A stretch of 64,000 nucleotides of DNA. Origin: Ignavibacteriales bacterium. Lineage in GTDB: Bacteria; Bacteroidota; Ignavibacteria; UBA10030; SZUA-254. The notes under the pieces were generated by a model, which worked only from the letters and a program-made list of their open reading frames with translations, searched no databases and was not told where the DNA came from. The stretch covers positions 321,008-385,007 of the forward strand of contig JACRMQ010000006.1 of assembly GCA_016214905.1 (NCBI GenBank), written 5' to 3'. Shown piece after piece: positions 49,292 through 58,933 of the stretch (within the stretch, counting starts at the first letter, position 1; the number at the start of each line of letters is the position of its first letter). The translations under genes were made by a program, and so were the position numbers.

Positions 49292-50338
49292 ATGAATCAA
49301 AAACTGAAGACATATCTGCAATACGGATTTAGTGTAATACTGACCGGAGTGTTTCTTTATTTTGCTTTCAGGGGAACAGACTTTGCTAGTCTGATCGAAA
49401 TTTTATCTCGGGCAAATTACTGGTGGGCATTAGCAATGATTCCCATGTTGGTCATAAGCAATCTTTTCAGAGCATGGCGGTGGGAATACTTATTAAGACC
49501 GGTTAAGAAGGGGATTCGGTACAGAAATCTTTTTTCATCGATGATGGTTGGTTACATGATGAACAACGTTCTACCTCGTGTGGGTGAGCTTGCGCGTCCG
49601 TATGCGATCGGAAAACTCGAAGGTATCTCGCGAAGCTCCGCTCTCGGTACGGTTTTCATCGAACGCATCTTCGATATACTTTCATTCATGGTCGTGATCG
49701 CATTAATTCCGTTATTCTATAGCGGTCCTCTCACACAAGTATTTCCGTGGCTTGAAGAAACGGGTATCTGGTTGACGGTAATCTCATTATTATTTCTTCT
49801 GATCTTCACCTTCTTGATGATGCGCAGAGATTATGTTGAAAAAATGCTCCGATTCATCACGCGCCACATTTCACCTAAAAAGGGTAAGCTCGTAGAACAT
49901 ATCGCGCATTCATTCCTGGATGGATTTTTATTTTTGAAAGAACCGCGGCATTATTTCATGATCGGAATATTGAGCGTTCTAGTCTGGGTGTTTTATATCA
50001 TCATGGTATTTCTTCCGTTCTACGCTTTCGGAATGGTTGAGCAATATTCACTCGATCTCGCCTCCGCATTAGTCGTGCAGGCGATCTCAACAATCGGATT
50101 CATTCTTCCGACTCCGGGCGGAACCGGTTCTTATCATTATTTCACAATTCAAACGCTTACAAAACTTTATAATGTGAATGAAGAAATAGCACGCAGTTAT
50201 GCTACCGTTACCCACGCGATCGGTTTTATCGGGACGATGGCGATAGGAATTTATTATTTTATAAAAGATAAATTACATTTCGGAGAAGTTGCCCGGCGTG
50301 ATATAACAAACGACATGAATTCAACATCCGGCAAATAG
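49292..50338 (+). CDS. Lysylphosphatidylglycerol-synthase-TM (UPF0104) flippase-like membrane protein
   Basis: RAWRW, NNVLPRVGELAR, ERIFD, PTPGGTGSY. Confidence 0.88.
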   Translation: MNQKLKTYLQYGFSVILTGVFLYFAFRGTDFASLIEILSRANYWWALAMIPMLVISNLFRAWRWEYLLRPVKKGIRYRNLFSSMMVGYMMNNVLPRVGELARPYAIGKLEGISRSSALGTVFIERIFDILSFMVVIALIPLFYSGPLTQVFPWLEETGIWLTVISLLFLLIFTFLMMRRDYVEKMLRFITRHISPKKGKLVEHIAHSFLDGFLFLKEPRHYFMIGILSVLVWVFYIIMVFLPFYAFGMVEQYSLDLASALVVQAISTIGFILPTPGGTGSYHYFTIQTLTKLYNVNEEIARSYATVTHAIGFIGTMAIGIYYFIKDKLHFGEVARRDITNDMNSTSGK

Positions 50339-50392
50339 ACGCGCAAATTTTTAACAATTTAAAACATATTCTCAAACAAAAGGAGATAAATA

Positions 50393-51028
50393 ATGAAATC
50401 AATAATCATCACCGTTGCTGCCATCATCATTGGAGCAGCGACACTTTTTGCACAACAATCGAAAGCTACAAAAATGGATCAACCAAAAGGAAACCCGATC
50501 GTTATCATGAAAACTTCAATGGGCAGCGTTAAAGTTGAATTATTCGAAGACAAAGCGCCGATCACCGTAAAAAACTTTTTAAGTTATGTTGATGAAAAAT
50601 ATTTCAACGGAACTGTTTTTCACAGGGTCATAAAAGGATTTATGATACAAGGCGGCGGTTTCGAAGCCACAGACCCGATAAAGCAGAAACCGACAAAAGC
50701 GCCGATTAAAATTGAATCGGACAACGGTTTGAAAAACGATCGCGGCACTCTAGCTATGGCTCGCACCAACGATCCGAACAGCGCAACCAGCCAATTCTTT
50801 ATCAATGTGGTTGATAACGCGTTCCTCAACTATTCATCAGGAAATCCCGGGTATGCGGTTTTCGGTAAAGTGATTGAAGGAATGGATGTTGTGGATAAAA
50901 TCCGTACAGTGAAGACCGGTAATTTCCCCGCGGTATCTTTATATCAGGGAAAAGAAATTAAACAGCAAATGCAGGATGTACCCGAAACGAAAGTTGTCAT
51001 CGAATCAATTTCCCGCCAGGGGAAATAA
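50393..51028 (+). CDS. ppiA: Periplasmic cyclophilin-type peptidyl-prolyl isomerase
   Basis: Signal peptide; [36 protein letters not shown]. Confidence 0.9.
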   Translation: MKSIIITVAAIIIGAATLFAQQSKATKMDQPKGNPIVIMKTSMGSVKVELFEDKAPITVKNFLSYVDEKYFNGTVFHRVIKGFMIQGGGFEATDPIKQKPTKAPIKIESDNGLKNDRGTLAMARTNDPNSATSQFFINVVDNAFLNYSSGNPGYAVFGKVIEGMDVVDKIRTVKTGNFPAVSLYQGKEIKQQMQDVPETKVVIESISRQGK

Positions 51029-51054
51029 TTACCGGTTGATTTATCGGATCGATC

Positions 51055-52089
51055 ATGAGTAAAGCACCGTCAGAGCGATTGAGTCTCAGCGATCTTGAAA
51101 AATTGTTCCGTCAGAAACAATTTGCCCCGATCTATTATTTTTGGGGTGAAGAAGATCTGTTGATCAAACAGGCAATCGATCTGATAATAAAATATTCTCT
51201 CGACGAATCGATAAAAAGTTTCAACCTCGATATAGTCGGGCAAGAAAAAGTGGATGCTAAAGATATTGTTTCTTTGGCATCCGCTTTCCCGATGATGGCA
51301 GATCGCCGTGTTGTTATTATCAAAAATCTCGGATTGGTTGAAAATCAGGAACTTCTGCTGTCGATTATTGATAAGCCGGTGCAATCCACAATTCTTGCAA
51401 TCGCGGGTGAAAAGCTTGATATGCGGTTGAAGCTTTCCAAAGCCATTCAAACGAACGGGGTTGTTGTAGAGTTCAGGCAATTGTACGATAACGAAATCCC
51501 AATTTGGATCAACAAGAAAATATCTGAGCGGGGCAAATCTGCCAACATGGATGCCTGCAATCTGATTCAAACACATGTCGGCAGATCACTGAGGGAAATT
51601 CAAAACGAGATAGATAAGCTGTTCATTTATGTCGGGACGAAACCAACGATAGATTCTGATGATGTCAGCGCGGTTGTAGGTGTATCAAAAAAATATAACA
51701 TCTTCGAGCTCCAAAAAGCGGTGGGAAGAAAAGATATCGCAACCAGTTTAGAAATTTCCGAAAAAATGCTCGATGCCGGCGAATATCCGGTCGGGATGAT
51801 CGTTATGCTCACGAAATATTTCGAGCGGTTATGGACGATTCGCGATTTTATTGAAGGCAAGATGAATAAAGATGAATTGATTAAAACCCTCCGAATGAAT
51901 CCGAGACAGTTACCTTTTTTGGAGGAAGATATTAAGATTGCGCGTTCATTTTCATCATCCGAGATTGAGCGGTGTTTCGCGATATTGCTTGATGTGGATG
52001 AGAAATTAAAAAGTACCGACACGAATCCGAAATTGTTATTCACGATAATGTTGTATAATTTCATCAATAGTAAAATGCTGCTTAGATGA
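51055..52089 (+). CDS. holA: DNA polymerase III delta subunit
   Basis: IYYFWGEE, FPMMADRRVVII, NEIDKL, YNIFEL, DEKLKS. Confidence 0.92.
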   Translation: MSKAPSERLSLSDLEKLFRQKQFAPIYYFWGEEDLLIKQAIDLIIKYSLDESIKSFNLDIVGQEKVDAKDIVSLASAFPMMADRRVVIIKNLGLVENQELLLSIIDKPVQSTILAIAGEKLDMRLKLSKAIQTNGVVVEFRQLYDNEIPIWINKKISERGKSANMDACNLIQTHVGRSLREIQNEIDKLFIYVGTKPTIDSDDVSAVVGVSKKYNIFELQKAVGRKDIATSLEISEKMLDAGEYPVGMIVMLTKYFERLWTIRDFIEGKMNKDELIKTLRMNPRQLPFLEEDIKIARSFSSSEIERCFAILLDVDEKLKSTDTNPKLLFTIMLYNFINSKMLLR

Positions 52090-52129
52090 TCTAAGCAAAA
52101 GCATTCTAAATCATTAATGGAAGTTAAAG

Positions 52130-52789
52130 ATGCCGTTGAACGATAATACAAACGAGGAAGATCTCGAATCCGAGAAACCGGTATATCAGCCGATACTTCA
52201 TAAGCCGGAAAAAGATTATAGCTTAATAAAAAATATTGTCATCGGAGTGGGGATTGTTGCGATAATAGTTGCTGTTATTTTTTTCACATATCAGCAATTG
52301 GTGAAAAGCGATACCGAGATTACAAGACAAGAGATATCGTTAAGCGATAACTCTATAAATTCCTCTGTGCCTGATCAATCGATAACCGAACGGAGTGCGC
52401 CAACCGTCGATACGATTAAACAGCAAATCAAAGATGAAATAAAAGAATCAGTTCCCGAAGAAACTGGGAAGCAAGAAAAACCTGTAATTGCAAAAGAGGA
52501 AGCCAAAGAGCAGATCCATAAAGAAAAACCGGCGGTAGAAAAATCCGGAAGCGATGACGGAGTAGGAAGGTACACAATTTACGTTGCATCGTTCGCAGAA
52601 AAAGCAGGCGCGCGTTCAAAGGCGGGCGAGTGGGAGGAAAACGGTTTTGATGCACGTATTTTAGAGGCACGCGGAAGGTACAGGGTAGCTATCGGGCGAT
52701 TTAAGACCGAAGTTTCCGCGCGGAGATTTGTTTCTGAAAACAGGGAAATTTTCGGAAGCGAGTATTGGGTTTCTAAAACACCGAAGTAG
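52130..52789 (+). CDS. SPOR-domain membrane protein
   Basis: Single TM, charged linker, YTIYVASF...YRVAIGRF. Confidence 0.85.
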   Translation: MPLNDNTNEEDLESEKPVYQPILHKPEKDYSLIKNIVIGVGIVAIIVAVIFFTYQQLVKSDTEITRQEISLSDNSINSSVPDQSITERSAPTVDTIKQQIKDEIKESVPEETGKQEKPVIAKEEAKEQIHKEKPAVEKSGSDDGVGRYTIYVASFAEKAGARSKAGEWEENGFDARILEARGRYRVAIGRFKTEVSARRFVSENREIFGSEYWVSKTPK

Positions 52790-52794
52790 TTTAT

Positions 52795-52841
52795 GTGCGG
52801 CTCACCTCCATTTAAGATTCAAATGTGCAGGTGAGTCGCAC
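52795..52841. repeat. Long hairpin just after the SPOR gene stop codon
   Basis: gtgcggctcacct...aggtgagtcgcac with inner cattt/aaatg pairing. Confidence 0.65.
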
Positions 52842-52897
52842 TTCCTTTCATCATTATATTACCACCCCTTTCGTCAGTGTTTTACAAAAAGTTCTTT

Positions 52898-52988
52898 AAT
52901 GTCACTCCCGCATGTTTTAAGCGGGAGTCCAGTGCCCAGATATTAACAGAATTCTGGATTCCCGATAGAAGCATTCGGGAATGACATT
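52898..52988. repeat. REP/MITE-like palindromic element (GTCATTCCCG...CGGGAATGAC type)
   Basis: Terminal inverted repeats aatgtcactcccg / cgggaatgacatt; two internal hairpins (ctcccgc..gcgggag, attcccga..tcgggaat); central tccag...ctgga. Confidence 0.75.
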
Positions 52989-53050
52989 GCTTTTTGATTT
53001 TTAGACAGCCTTAGTGATGGGAGGTCAAATTCAAAATGGTAATGCTACCT

Positions 53051-53244
53051 ATCCCGTTCGCAGTTGCGACGATCCCGTTCGCAGGTGCGACGATTCCGTT
53101 AGCAGTTACGACGATCCCGTTCGCAGTTGCAACGATGCTGTTCGCAGTTGCGACGATTCCGTTCGCAGTTACAACGATTCTGTTCGTAGTTACGACAATC
53201 CCGTTCGCAGTTATGACAATCCTGTTCGGGATTGCGACGATCCG
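53051..53244 (+). repeat. Nine degenerate 21-bp tandem repeats
   Basis: Consensus atcccgttcgcagttgcgacg, contiguous with no spacers. Confidence 0.95.
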
Positions 53245-53433
53245 ACATAGGATTATGCCCAAAACGATCTGTTTTTGAACAAAGCGATTTTAATCCCTCA
53301 AAATTATGCAATAATTGAGGATGTTAAAAAATGATTGATTTAGGGGGTAATGAAAAACGATGGGAGAAACAAAAGGATTTAAGACCCTCCGAGAAATAAT
53401 AATAAGAAGTTGAGTAGAAAGGCGAAACATAGC

Positions 53434-53462
53434 TTGACAATAACCGACCAGTTTTGTAATTT
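53434..53462 (+). promoter_or_regulatory. Possible sigma70-like promoter
   Basis: TTGACA-N17-TAATTT upstream of the propeller gene. Confidence 0.35.
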
Positions 53463-53720
53463 GCATAACACGATTTTGATGGGTTGAAACAAGGGAACTT
53501 ACGCTTATGGATTTGGTGGATAGAGAGAATGAATGTTTGTAGTGCGTGAGTATGATGATGAGCTTTTCGAGAAAAGATAAATATAAAACACCTGATGAAA
53601 AATATATGTTACTTAAATCCGATAAATAATGGATAATCTAAAAAAAATAAAAACGCAATATTGCGAAATTACAGATGTTCCGCAGCCATTTGTTCACGAC
53701 TGATAGCGCGAGAAAAATCG

Positions 53721-54938
53721 ATGAACATGATGACAGTTCTCTTAACATTCTTTCTACTCGTTAGTCAAGCGAGTGTTTGCGATGCGCAGTGGGTACAATC
53801 TTCAAACATCAATAGCAGTTTTGTCAGCAGCTTTACCAGCAAGGATGCAGATCTGTTCGCTGGTACGTTTCTGGAAGGAGTATTCTTTTCAACGAGCAGC
53901 GGATCAACTTGGACTGCGGTTAACGATGGCATAACCACTTTGCGCATTCGTAGTCTTGCTGCGAGCTCGATGAATCTCTTCGCTGGAAGTGAAGGCGGAG
54001 GTATCTTTCTGTCAACCAATCACGGCACACAATGGACTTCCATCAATACGGGTCTCACGAATACAAGTGTACGGGAAATAGCCACCAGCGGGGTGAATCT
54101 TTTTGCTGGAACTGATGGCGGGGGAGTCTTTTTCTCCTCGAATACCGGGGCTAACTGGATTCCGGCGAATACAGGTCTTACAAGTCTTTACATCGAGTCG
54201 TTTCTAATTAACGGCACAGATATATTTGCAGGTACTTCCGGCGGTGTATTCCTTTCGACCAACAATGGTACAAGCTGGGTTCCTGTCAATAATGGGCTCA
54301 CCAGTCCCGGTATAAACGCTCTTGCAGTGTCTGGCACGAACCTCTTTGCCGGAACGAATTCTGGGATATTCCTTTCAACCAACGATGGCACAACCTGGAC
54401 TCCGGTTAGTGCAGGATTGACAACGACAAGTATCGAGGCTCTCGCAACATGCGGTACAGACGTTTTTGCTGGCACTTTCGGCGGTGGTGTGTTCCTGTCT
54501 ACTAACAACGGCACGAGTTGGAATGCGGTAAATGCTGGTTTGCCAGCAAATGCAATTATCCTTAGTCTTCTAGTTAGCGACAGTACCCTTCTTGCAGGTA
54601 CTGGTGGCTCTGGCGTTTGGCAGCGGCCCCTGTCGCAAATGATAACCAGTGTTCCAAGAAACGATGAGGCGCCTCTGCAATTTAGGCTCGAACAAAACTA
54701 TCCAAACCCGTTCAACCCAAACACAACAATCATATATCAACTCTCAACACAAAGCCACGTTACACTCAAAGTCTTCGATATACTTGGCAGGGAAGTTGTA
54801 ACGCTTGTAAACGGAATCGAAGAGCCAGGTTACAAATCGGTGCAGTTCGATGCAAGTAAATTATCAAGCGGGATATATTATTACCGACTGCAAGCTGGCA
54901 ACTATATCGAAACAAAAAAATTATTATTAATAAGGTAA
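53721..54938 (+). CDS. T9SS-secreted seven-bladed BNR/Asp-box beta-propeller protein
   Basis: Signal peptide ending AQW; seven ~42-aa (N/D)LFAGT.GGGVFLSTNNGTSW..VN.GL repeats; LEQNYPNPFNPNT CTD. Confidence 0.88.
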   Translation: MNMMTVLLTFFLLVSQASVCDAQWVQSSNINSSFVSSFTSKDADLFAGTFLEGVFFSTSSGSTWTAVNDGITTLRIRSLAASSMNLFAGSEGGGIFLSTNHGTQWTSINTGLTNTSVREIATSGVNLFAGTDGGGVFFSSNTGANWIPANTGLTSLYIESFLINGTDIFAGTSGGVFLSTNNGTSWVPVNNGLTSPGINALAVSGTNLFAGTNSGIFLSTNDGTTWTPVSAGLTTTSIEALATCGTDVFAGTFGGGVFLSTNNGTSWNAVNAGLPANAIILSLLVSDSTLLAGTGGSGVWQRPLSQMITSVPRNDEAPLQFRLEQNYPNPFNPNTTIIYQLSTQSHVTLKVFDILGREVVTLVNGIEEPGYKSVQFDASKLSSGIYYYRLQAGNYIETKKLLLIR

Positions 54939-55112
54939 AGAGTAACCGCAGATAACGACAACCAAAATATCTCGATGTAATCCCTTTGGCAAACCATTGC
55001 TTTTTAAATATATTTCGTCGACGGGAAAAACTTCAATGTTTGTCTCCCGCTTTCGGTGAGATCCGCACATCCTGTTTTTCCTGCTCAACGTTAGCCACAA
55101 GCAGGCTTAGGA

Positions 55113-55676
55113 GTGACAATAATGATAATTAGGATAAGAGATATAATCAAAAAAACAGGTTTGGTTGTGTGCCTCCTAATACTTTTAGCTTCATGCAATC
55201 CTGATCACGTGAATGTCGATCCCGGGCCATTGGAGAGCTATACATTTGCCAACAACCAAATACAGATATGGGCTGATAGACGCCACGTTATGATTGACTC
55301 TTCTTTTCACATCATGCAACAGTGCAGACCGTTATACTCAGGAAAGGGTGTCATAGAATTACAATTGCTTGGCGGGGGCAGAACAGTGTTCATTGATTCT
55401 CCTCTCAGTGACACTTTGCCAAACACGGATCAACATAGTACGGTCCCTGTTTTGTTTATTGCAAACAACGATTTTATGCAGTCGTGGACTGTACGGCTCC
55501 ATAGTCCTGGGAATACCAGCTATGGGTTCGAGGGATACGTGAGAATGGATTCCATTTTAATCGGTGCTGGATATTATAGTATTGACTCGGAAGAAGCAAA
55601 GAGCATTGCACCGATCGGACATCGATTTCGTGCGTGGGCTTATACTCATGATATGTTGATCATTGAAACTCCTTGA
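55113..55676 (+). CDS. Hypothetical lipoprotein
   Basis: Lipobox LLASC after a basic/hydrophobic N-terminus; AGGAG upstream. Confidence 0.7.
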   Translation: MTIMIIRIRDIIKKTGLVVCLLILLASCNPDHVNVDPGPLESYTFANNQIQIWADRRHVMIDSSFHIMQQCRPLYSGKGVIELQLLGGGRTVFIDSPLSDTLPNTDQHSTVPVLFIANNDFMQSWTVRLHSPGNTSYGFEGYVRMDSILIGAGYYSIDSEEAKSIAPIGHRFRAWAYTHDMLIIETP

Positions 55677-55905
55677 ACAATTTAATAACAGTATACCTGC
55701 GGCTCACAGCATTAGCAACAACATTCCCTTTATGACTAAGATAAATTGTAGGGGTCGGCTCAATATGCCACCTTCAGTGGAAATTGATCACTAATAGTTC
55801 GGCGGTACACTGCGTTGCTACTGCACACGTTTCCGCAACCATTCGTTCTCCTCATAACGCGGAAGATTAATGATGATCATAAAATCTCAAAAATACTTTT
55901 AATCC

Positions 55906-55934
55906 TTGCGAATCTTGGGGATTCTTCGTATATT
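55906..55934 (+). promoter_or_regulatory. Sigma70-like promoter of rpmE
   Basis: TTGCGA-N17-TATATT, about 35 bp upstream of ATG 55969. Confidence 0.45.
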
Positions 55935-55968
55935 ATTTCAACATTTTGATACAGAATTGGAGTTTTTA

Positions 55969-56193
55969 ATGAAAAAAGGTATTCATCCCCAATATAAAAA
56001 ATCGGTTGTTTCCTGCGTTTGCGGGTCAACTTTTGAAACACGCTCATCAGCCGGAAACCTGAAAATAGAAATATGCGATAAGTGTCATCCATTCTTCACA
56101 GGCAAACAGAAGCTAATGGATTCTGCCGGACGTGTTGAACGCTTCAACAAGAAGTACGGCAAAAAAACACAAGAGGCGCCCGCAACAGCGTAA
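55969..56193 (+). CDS. rpmE: 50S ribosomal protein L31, zinc-binding type
   Basis: [33 protein letters not shown]. Confidence 0.97.
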   Translation: MKKGIHPQYKKSVVSCVCGSTFETRSSAGNLKIEICDKCHPFFTGKQKLMDSAGRVERFNKKYGKKTQEAPATA

Positions 56194-56222
56194 GGGGAAT
56201 TCACATCTCATCACAATTATTA

Positions 56223-56260
56223 AACGGAATTCTGAGGAATCGGGATTCCGTTTTTTCTTT
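56223..56260 (+). terminator. Rho-independent terminator after rpmE
   Basis: aacggaattctga-ggaa-tcgggattccgtt stem (with G-U pairs) plus ttttcttt. Confidence 0.8.
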
Positions 56261-56271
56261 TAAGTGATCCT

Positions 56272-57522
56272 ATGCAGATAACTATCTTCGAAGACGAATC
56301 TTATAAAAACTTCCTTCCGCTTGTATACCTCAGACCGGTTTACGATCTGCGGTGCGGCGCATTCACTCTCAGGGAAAAATTTGAGAAATATTTTTCTCCT
56401 CATAAAATTAATTATGATATGAGAGCAGAGTTGTTTCATCTCTATAACCAAAACAACTCCTCTAAAAATATTAATCAAATCCCTAAAGATGATACCTGGT
56501 TTGTTAATGGGAGAGTTGTTGCAAACTCCATACTGAAAAAACATATAGTAAACTTACCTAAAGAAGAAAAAGTTTTAATTAACGGAAAAGATATTGTAGC
56601 GGTATTTCTGAAAAAAGAATCACTGAAACAATTCGATCAAGAAAGTGGTACTCTCAGCAAAAACCGATTTGAGGGTTTGCGGACTGAAAAGGTGGATGTT
56701 GATACAGTATCGTACCCGTGGGATCTGGTTCATAAAACTTCAGATGAAATAATCGCCCATAGTGCTTTTCTCAAGAAAAAGAAAAATAAGATTGAAGGAA
56801 AAGTCAATAGTGGTGTTCATCTTTTGAATCGTAAAGATATATTCATTGGCAAAAATTCCATAATCAAACCGGGCGCAGTACTTGATGCCGAAAAGGGACC
56901 TGTCATCATCGGCAATAATGTAACTGTTATGTCGAATGCTGTTATTGAAGGACCCGCATTTGTGGGCGACAACTCTGTTATAAAGATTGGCGCAAAAATT
57001 TATCACGGCACATCGATAGGCGAATGGTGCAAAGTTGGCGGCGAAGTTGAGGCATCGGTGATTCAATCTTATTCAAACAAACAGCACGAAGGATTTTTAG
57101 GTCATTCTTATTTAGGAAGCTGGGTGAATCTGGGCGCCGATACGAACACAAGCGATTTAAAAAATAACTACAGCACGGTGCGTGTACAAATCGATGGTAA
57201 AACAATTGATTCAGGTCAGCAATTTGTAGGATTGACTATCGGCGATCATTCTAAATCAGGAATCAATATGATGTTCGATACGGGAACGGTTGTCGGTGTT
57301 TCATGTAATTTGTATGGAGCGGGACTTCCGCCTAAATCGATTCCATCTTTCGCGTGGGGCGGTGATAAATCATATCAGGTATATGATATTGAAAAGAGTA
57401 TAGAGACAATGAGAAAAGTAATGGCGCGAAGGAATGTTGTAATGTCGGATCATTATGAAAAACTTGTGAGAGAGATATTTATCAGCACGATGAAAGATAG
57501 AAAGAATTTTGGTTTAAAATGA
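56272..57522 (+). CDS. GlmU-related putative sugar nucleotidyltransferase/acyltransferase with hexapeptide repeats
   Basis: FLPLVYLRPVYDLRCG N-terminus; left-handed beta-helix; KVGGEV, KQHEGFLGHSYLG, SDLKNNY. Confidence 0.85.
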   Translation: MQITIFEDESYKNFLPLVYLRPVYDLRCGAFTLREKFEKYFSPHKINYDMRAELFHLYNQNNSSKNINQIPKDDTWFVNGRVVANSILKKHIVNLPKEEKVLINGKDIVAVFLKKESLKQFDQESGTLSKNRFEGLRTEKVDVDTVSYPWDLVHKTSDEIIAHSAFLKKKKNKIEGKVNSGVHLLNRKDIFIGKNSIIKPGAVLDAEKGPVIIGNNVTVMSNAVIEGPAFVGDNSVIKIGAKIYHGTSIGEWCKVGGEVEASVIQSYSNKQHEGFLGHSYLGSWVNLGADTNTSDLKNNYSTVRVQIDGKTIDSGQQFVGLTIGDHSKSGINMMFDTGTVVGVSCNLYGAGLPPKSIPSFAWGGDKSYQVYDIEKSIETMRKVMARRNVVMSDHYEKLVREIFISTMKDRKNFGLK

Positions 57523-58916
57523 ATTCAGAAACTCGGGAATCAGTCAACACCGATCCGCCTGTAGCAGAGATCCAAACGCTGTATGCCGGTCCGCGCGGAA
57601 CTGCTGTAAAAATATTGAATCGGGTTGAACGCACAGATTCTTATTTGGATAAATTATTAGATGTAGAACTTCGATCTAAAGATATATCGGATTTGGATAA
57701 AAGTTTGCTCGCTGAGATTGTGCATGGCGTATTACGTTGGCAGGGGAGATTGGATTGGGTTTTGAACGGATTCACACATGGTAATTTTTCCAAATCCGAG
57801 GTAAACGTGCGAAACGCACTCAGGGTTGCGCTTTACCAAATCTTATTTTTAAATCAGGTTCCGCATTATGCCGCTGTAAATGAAGCAGTCGAATTTATCA
57901 AGCGTATCCGCGGAGATAAATTCTCAGGTTTTGTGAACGCGGTTCTGCGCAACGTCATCAGAACGCTTGATGGAATACATTATCCGAATCCCGATGAAGA
58001 TTTAGCCCAGTATCTCGCGGTTTATTATTCGCATCCTCTCTGGATGGTGAGAAGGTGGCTTCCGCGTTTCGGAAAGGAGGAGGTTGAAAAACTTCTAACG
58101 GCGAATAATGAGATCCCGGGTTTGACGCTGAGAATCAATAAAATGAAAATCACACCCGCCGAATTTTTATCGCTTCTTGAAAAACAAAATGTACAATTTC
58201 AAGGATCAACATATATCGATTATTTTGTAAAAGTTAGAAGTCTTTCCGGAATATCACAAATGAATATTTTTCAGCAAGGATTTTTCACGATACAAGATGA
58301 GAGCGCGGCATTACCTGTTTTGCTTCTTGATCCGCATCCCGGAGAACGGGTGATAGATATGTGCGCTGCCCCCGGCGGTAAAACAACTTTTATCGCAGAG
58401 ACGATGAAAAACGAGGGAGAAATTTTAGCTGTAGATAAATACGATACGAAATTAAACATGTTAAAGATGAGTTGCGAGCGGCTTGGGATTCAAAATGTTC
58501 AACTTCTTGTGGCAGATTCGACAACGATTGACACTCAATTAGCCGACCGGATTTTAGTGGATGCGCCATGTTCGGGATTAGGAACGCTGCGGAAGAAACC
58601 CGATATAAAATGGAAGCGCGAACCTGAAGACATAAAGCGAATGGTACGGCAGCAATACGCGCTCCTGGAAAGCGCGGCGCGCATGTTAAAACCGGGGGGT
58701 GTTCTTGTTTACAGCACATGTACCACGGAACCGGAAGAAAATTCTGAATTAGTGAAATCGTTTATCAATGCCCATCCTGAATTTTCTATTGAATCTGCGA
58801 GTGATTTTGTTAACAAATCTGTCGTGAGCGCAGAAGGATTTATCGAAACAATGCCGCACAGGCACCAGATCGATGGTTCGTTTGCCGCACGGCTTCGGAA
58901 GAAACAATCAGAATAA
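57519..58916 (+). CDS. rsmB: 16S rRNA m5C967 methyltransferase
   Basis: NusB-like N-terminus (AAVNEAVE, FVNAVLR); DMCAAPGGKT, DAPCSGLG, YSTCT. Confidence 0.95.
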   Translation: MNSETRESVNTDPPVAEIQTLYAGPRGTAVKILNRVERTDSYLDKLLDVELRSKDISDLDKSLLAEIVHGVLRWQGRLDWVLNGFTHGNFSKSEVNVRNALRVALYQILFLNQVPHYAAVNEAVEFIKRIRGDKFSGFVNAVLRNVIRTLDGIHYPNPDEDLAQYLAVYYSHPLWMVRRWLPRFGKEEVEKLLTANNEIPGLTLRINKMKITPAEFLSLLEKQNVQFQGSTYIDYFVKVRSLSGISQMNIFQQGFFTIQDESAALPVLLLDPHPGERVIDMCAAPGGKTTFIAETMKNEGEILAVDKYDTKLNMLKMSCERLGIQNVQLLVADSTTIDTQLADRILVDAPCSGLGTLRKKPDIKWKREPEDIKRMVRQQYALLESAARMLKPGGVLVYSTCTTEPEENSELVKSFINAHPEFSIESASDFVNKSVVSAEGFIETMPHRHQIDGSFAARLRKKQSE

Positions 58917-58933
58917 TAATTAAAGGAAATTTC

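Noticed and set aside
53051..53244. CRISPR array
   Set aside because: The 21-bp units are contiguous with no unique spacers, and there are no cas genes in the window.
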